NCBI GenBank assembly: GCA_048213135.1
Contig: PS015042.1
Location: 54,242 to 91,028 of the forward strand
Reading direction: 5' to 3'
Length of the DNA stretch: 36,787 nt
Source of the DNA: Reclinomonas americana ATCC 50394
Lineage: Eukaryota
Shown: positions 31,752 to 36,787 of the stretch, piece by piece
Numbering within the stretch: the first letter of the stretch is position 1
Layout of the letters: each line of letters opens with the position of its first letter
Program-made: the position numbers and the translations under genes
Notes under the pieces: generated by a model
The model's database searches: none
What the model saw: the letters and a program-made list of their open reading frames with translations, nothing else
Told to the model about the DNA's origin: nothing

Positions 31752-33367
31752 CGTTCTCCCCTGCCCGCCGCAGACCTACATTTTGAAGCAAAAGGGCCAG
31801 CAGTGGCCGGAGATGGGCATTGTCAAGTCGATCGCGTATCAGCTGCTGTCCGGCGTCGCGTACCTGCACAGCCACTGGATCATCCACCGCGACCTGAAGC
31901 CACAGAACATTCTCATTTTCGACGGCGAGCGCCTGGGCGACGAGAAGGGCGTGGTGAAGATTGCCGATTTTGGTCTCGCTCGCGATTTCATGGATCCGCT
32001 GCGCCCGCTGTCGCGCGACGGTGTGGTGGTGACACCGTGGTACCGCGCCCCCGAAATCATGCTCGGCGCGCATCACTACACGCCGGNNNNNNNNNNNNNN
32101 NNNNNNNNNNNNNNNNNNNNNNNNNNNNNNNNNNNNNNNNNNNNNNNNNNNNNNNNNNNNNNNNNNNNNNNNNNNNNNNNNNNNNNNNNNNNNNNNNNNN
32201 NNNNNNNNNNNNNNNNNNNNNNNNNNNNNNNNNNNNNNNNNNNNNNNNNNNNNNNNNNNNNNNNNNNNNNNNNCCATTGATATGTGGGCCGTCGGCGCCA
32301 TTATTGTCGAGCTGATCACCACCGATTATCTGTTTGCCATTCAGAATGTGTCGGCGCATGAGCCGACCGATGATCAGCATCGGAGGCAGCTCGGGCGCAT
32401 TTTTGAGGTGAGTGGTGGGAAAGGGGAAGGGGGAGGGAAGGGGGGAAGGGGAAGGGGGGAGGGCAGGGGAAGGGGGACGGGGGAAAGGGGAGAAGGACGA
32501 TGAAGAGAGAGAGAGAGAGGAGGACGCGAAAGTGAAGGGAAAGAATACAGTGGGGAACTTGCAAGAATGGAAATTTGATTTGCATTCGAATTCCATCTCC
32601 ATTGGGTTGCTGCGCCGTGGATTTAGTTGCACTGTCCCTTCCTCTCTCGCTCTCTTTCTCCCTCTCTCTCTCTCTCTCAGTCTCTCTGTCTCTCTTTCTC
32701 CACCGTTTCTGTGCTCTCTTTTCTTCGTGCCTGCGTCGCTCAGCTTGCCGGCTGCCTGCAACTGTTGCATGCCCCCTTCTCGCCACTTCCTCTCCTATCT
32801 CTTTCCCACTTCTCCCTCCTCTCTCGCTTGCTCTGTCTGTCTGTCTCTCTCTATCTCTCTGTCTCTCTCTCCTTTCTTTCTCTCTCGTGCTCTCTAAGTA
32901 TGCTTTCTTCTTGTCCCTCACCCGCTTTTCCTTCCTTTCTCTTCCCTACTCCGTTTCCCTCAATCTCTTGTCCCACAGGTGCGCGGCAAACCCACCGTGC
33001 AAGAGTGGCCCGACCTGGAGCGCATGCCGCTGTGGTCGCGGTTTTGCGAGCTGCCCGGTGACACGTGAGTGCCGCCGCTTTCCTCGATCCGTCCTTTTCC
33101 TTTCTCACTCCCTCGCAGCCGCCCGTTCAACTCACGACCATTCGCCTTTGTGCAACGGCACATTTCGCGCGCCGGCTTTGACCTCATTATGCAGCTGCTG
33201 CACTACGATCCGACGCAGCGCATGACGGCGGCCAAGGCACTTGAGCACGACTGGTTCAAGGAGCATCCGCTGCCTGCGGCAAAGTTGCGTTTCATCGCCC
33301 GCACGTTCCATTGTTTTCTGTTGCTCATCGTTGGTGCGGGCGCAGCGTGTTCGAGGGCGGAAAATGA
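29661..33367 (+). CDS. CDK8: Cyclin-dependent kinase, CDK8/CDKE (Mediator kinase) type
   Basis: IGQG|TYGDVYKG, VAVK, GIPLSVCREVS|LLRELSHPNV, WIIHRDLKPQNIL, VKIADFGLARDFMDPLRPLSRDGVVVTPWYRAPEIMLGAHHYT (CDK8-like activation segment), LLHYDPTQRMTAAKALEHDWF..PLPAAN-VFEGGK*. ATG at 29661 or 29712. Confidence 0.85.
29880..29957. repeat. (TG)n microsatellite in CDK8 intron 1, one of many GA/CT/CCT/GT microsatellites in long introns
   Basis: Perfect TG run beside an N gap. Confidence 0.95.
30815..31470. repeat. Degenerate tandem repeat in a CDK8 intron, interrupted by an N gap
   Basis: TTGACTGnnCTG(AGCAACG..AAG) recurs at ~30823, ~30974 and ~31089; AAGCAGGCAG..CGTTGATAGATT lies on both sides of the gap. 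Confidence 0.7.
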
Positions 33368-33516
33368 TGAATTATTTGTTAGGAAAAATTGTATGTTTCA
33401 GGAATTGTGTGCTTGTAATATTCGAGGGGTTGAGATGGAAAAGAGAGAGAGGAAAGAACAAACGCGCCATCATCCACGAGTCGCGAGACAAAGAGGCGCA
33501 GCGAGTCGGTGCGCAA

Positions 33517-33996
33517 TTACTGGCAGCCGGCCGGCTTGGGAGCAGTGAACAGCTTGCAGACGTAGCCGAGCATGTCGTCGAGCACGGCATCGTTCATGCT
33601 CTCGGTGTGGACACCGTTGACGACGACCCACGGCTGTCGGGCAGTGCAGGTGAGCACACAAAGGGAGAGGAAGAGACGGGGAAGGAGAGACGGGAAGCAG
33701 ACAGACAGACAGACAGAGAGATAGAGACGGAGAGAGTTGGGAGGCAGGGGAAGCAGGCCTAAAGAACACACACGCACATGCACAAACAGACAAACAGATA
33801 GATACGAAAGAGACAGGAGGCACGGGAAGCAGGTTTCAGCAATACGCACGCACGCGCACATACACACAAACAGATAGACACATAGACAGACAGAGAGAAA
33901 GCGACGAAGAGGTATTGGAGGCACGGGCAGCGATACACGTACTTACACAGAAACGTACACACAGCGAGAGTGAGTGTGTGAGTGTGAGTGTGTGAT

Positions 33997-34033
<37 letters not shown>

Positions 34034-34796
34034 CATGTATTCGATGCACAAGGACGGGTCAACGAACCACGTACTGGTGAGCCGGGCGCAGGGCGCTGGT
34101 CTTCTGTGCCATCTCGTGCTCCCACTGATTGCCCTGCAGAGGAGGTGAGATGGATGTAGAGGGAACGGGGGAAGGGACACCACCGACACGCACCTGAGCC
34201 GAGGTCATGCACGAGGAGATGCTGCTCCAGTTCAGGCCGTACTTTTGCGCGCACACAGAGCCGACCTGCTCACAACAAGGATGGGCACGGAGACGACTCT
34301 GCTGATGGAGGAGGCTTGTGTGTGTGTGTGTGGACGCAACGGTGGCGGGGCTGTCACCCTTCTCGGCGCACAGAATGAAGTTGAGGGCCGTGTTGAAGGG
34401 GTTCAGCTTGAGGGCGCAGGTCTGGCAAATAGAGAGAATGAATGCGTGTGGCGGCGATGACGTACGAGCGAGAGAAGAGGTACCTCCATGATGTTGCCCT
34501 GGCACTCCGACGGACCGTGCTGGCAGTTAAACGACCAGCTTCCGCTGCGCGAGGGCAAAGGAATGCGTGAGAGGGAGAGAAAGGAAGGAGGCACAGGCGG
34601 GACAGGTGCAGGCTCACCTCGAGTCACGGTACTCCTGGGCATTGCCTGTAATGGTTGAACAATGGGAGATGAGTGCAAGAGGAGAAAGACGTTGAGGGGT
34701 GCGAGGTGCACAGTCAACAAAGCGAGAACGAGGGACACATTTTCATGCACAAGAAGGAATGAATCCTCACCGTATGGCACCAGGGTGATGTTCAGG
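33517..34796 (-). CDS. IFI30: Gamma-interferon-inducible lysosomal thiol reductase (GILT/IFI30) homologue, C-terminal exons
   Basis: Exons give LNITLVPYG|NAQ, FNCQHGPSECQGNIME (GILT signature CQHGxxECxxN), |TCA..FILCAE, CAQKYGLNWSSISSC, GNQWEHEMAQKTSALRPAHQYV|PWVVVNG..VCKLF..GCQ*. Confidence 0.9.
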
Positions 34797-36008
34797 CTGC
34801 ACAAGACAAAGCAAGCATGAGACCATGATTCGAGGCTCAGAAGACGAAGCACTGCATATGCCTTTCCAGCGCATTTCCCCACTGTCACTCACACCCACTC
34901 CATGCAGCACTCATACTCCGCTCCCACAGCACTNNNNNNNNNNNNNNNNNNNNNNNNNNNNNNNNNNNNNNNNNNNNNNNNNNNNNNNNNNNNNNNNNNN
35001 NNNNNNNNNNNNNNNNNNNNNNNNNNNNNNNNNNNNNNNNNNNNNNNNNNNNNNNNNNNNNNNNNNNNNNNNNNNNNNNNNNNNNNNNNNNNNNNNNNNN
35101 NNNNNNNNNNNNNNNNNNNNNNNNNNNNNNNNNNNNNNNNNNNNNNNNNNNNNNNNNNNNNNNNNNNNNNNNNNNNNNNNNNNNNNNNNNNNNNNNNNNN
35201 NNNNNNNNNNNNNNNNNNNNNNNNNNNNNNNNNNNNNNNNNNNNNNNNNNNNNNNNNNNNNNNNNNNNNNNNNNNNNNNNNNNNNNNNNNNNNNNNNNNN
35301 NNNNNNNNNNNNNNNNNNNNNNNNNNNNNNNNNNNNNNNNNNNNNNNNNNNNNNNNNNNNNNNNNNNNNNNNNNNNNNNNNNNNNNNNNNNNNNNNNNNN
35401 NNNNNNNNNNNNNNNNNNNNNNNNNNNNNNNNNNNNNNNNNNNNNNNNNNNNNNNNNNNNNNNNNNNNNNNNNNNNNNNNNNNNNNNNNNNNNNNNNNNN
35501 NNNNNNNNNNNNNNNNNNNNNNNNNNNNNNNNNNNNNNNNNNNNNNNNNNNNNNNNNNNNNNNNNNNNNNNNNNNNNNNNNNNNNNNNNNNNNNNNNNNN
35601 NNNNNNNNNNNNNNNNNNNNNNNNNNNNNNNNNNNNNNNNNNNNNNNNNNNNNNNNNNNNNNNNNNNNNNNNNNNNNNNNNNNNNNNNNNNNNNNNNNNN
35701 NNNNNNNNNNNNNNNNNNNNNNNNNNNNNNNNNNNNNNNNNNNNNNNNNNNNNNNNNNNNNNNNNNNNNNNNNNNNNNNNNNNNNNNNNNNNNNNNNNNN
35801 NNNNNNNNNNNNNNNNNNNNNNNNNNNNNNNNNNNCACACACACAAAGAGAGACAGAGGCACATGTGCGCGTTGTGTCTGTGTCTTTGTTAGAGAGAGAG
35901 AGCGTGTGTGTGATTTGTGTCGGGGGGTCAATGTTTGCATTTATGAATGATGATTTCTCCGCTCATTCATTGTTGCATTCTCTCTTATTCTCTCTCTCTC
36001 TCTTGTAG

Positions 36009-36094
36009 TACTATGAGTCGCGATGCCCGGATTGCCAGCAATTCATTACCAGTGGATTTGCGGAGACTGTGGCGGCTGATGGCGTGTTGCCGCG
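36009..36094 (+). CDS. IFI30: GILT active-site (CXXC) exon in inverted orientation relative to the rest of the gene
   Basis: ttgtag|YYESRCPDCQQFITSGFAETVAADGVLP(R)|gtgagt. It ends in phase 2, matching the phase-2 start of the minus-strand exon at 34796. Confidence 0.85.
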
Positions 36095-36164
36095 GTGAGT
36101 GAGCAGAGGAGAGCAGAGGGAGAGCAGAGAGCACAGAGAGAGAGAGAGAGAGAGAGAGATGAGA

Positions 36165-36283
36165 GAGAAGGGCTGTGTAGGGGAGTGTGACTGCTGATTC
36201 TGTGCGGAAGAGTGCTGTGGGAAGAAGAGAAAGGCTGCGGAACAACAGAAAGAGTGCGAGAATGGGTTCGGAGTGTGTTTGTG

Positions 36284-36323
<40 letters not shown>

Positions 36324-36560
36324 CTGTGTAGGAGAAGGAGAGTGCGAGAGAGGGCAAGTGAAAAGGGGAGCTGATTCTACGGAGAAAGGGCGTGGATATT
36401 CAACGAGGGGAAGATAAGAGAATGAGAAGTGATAGAGAGAGAGAGAGAGAGAGACTGTGACTGCGACTGTAAGAGGGCTGTGTAAGGGAGTGTGACTGCT
36501 GATTCTGTGCGGAAGAGTGCTTTGGGGGAGAAGGGAAGGCTGCGGAAGAACGGTGGATTG
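36165..36560. repeat. ~300-bp-period direct repeat in the GILT intron
   Basis: AGGGCTGTGTArGGGAGTGTGACTGCTGATTCTGTGCGGAAGAGTGCT at ~36170 and ~36474. Confidence 0.8.
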
Positions 36561-36787
36561 AGATACGAGGGAAAGAATGCGAGAGTGGGTCGGAGTGATT
36601 TGTCAGTGCGTGTGTGAGGTGGAGGGTGTGTGTGAGAGAGAGGCGGGAGGTGAGGATGTGAGCCGATTCTGCAAACAAGAGAGCTCCGAGGAGCATAAAA
36701 GCGTGCGGAAATACGTCGGATTGAGAAAGCAGGAAAGAATGAGAGCGAGCGTTGAGGGGAGGGTTTTGCGTTGATTTATTGTTGAAG

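Noticed and set aside
7416-33367. Alternative genetic code (stop-codon reassignment)
   Set aside because: Reconstructed exons contain no internal stops, and TGA, TAG and TAA are all used as terminal stops.

Overview
Draft-assembly DNA from an intron-rich eukaryote, probably a protist (about 100 GT-AG introns, mostly 55-110 nt, some expanded by GA/CT microsatellites; many N gaps). Six spliced genes can be reconstructed by hand: a secreted Pmp-like GGA/FxxN repeat protein (-), N-terminal acetyltransferase NAA10/ARD1 (+), Golgi SNARE GOS1 (-), an IP3-receptor-family channel with about 60 introns (+), a CDK8/CDKE-type kinase (+) and a GILT thiol reductase (-). Main observations: (1) a second common class of 5' splice site, GT-T-GCG, with the intron consensus moved one base downstream; all 17 such sites lack G as the last exon base, suggesting shifted-register U1 recognition; (2) the IP3R homologue lacks the GGxGD pore filter and several IP3-binding basic residues; (3) all three minus-strand genes have exons on gap-bounded pieces in the opposite orientation, most likely a scaffolding artefact; (4) a palindrome-rich ~300-bp foldback in the GOS1/IP3R divergent intergenic region; (5) overlapping convergent stop regions of NAA10 and GOS1. 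All gene models are manual, with no database search.
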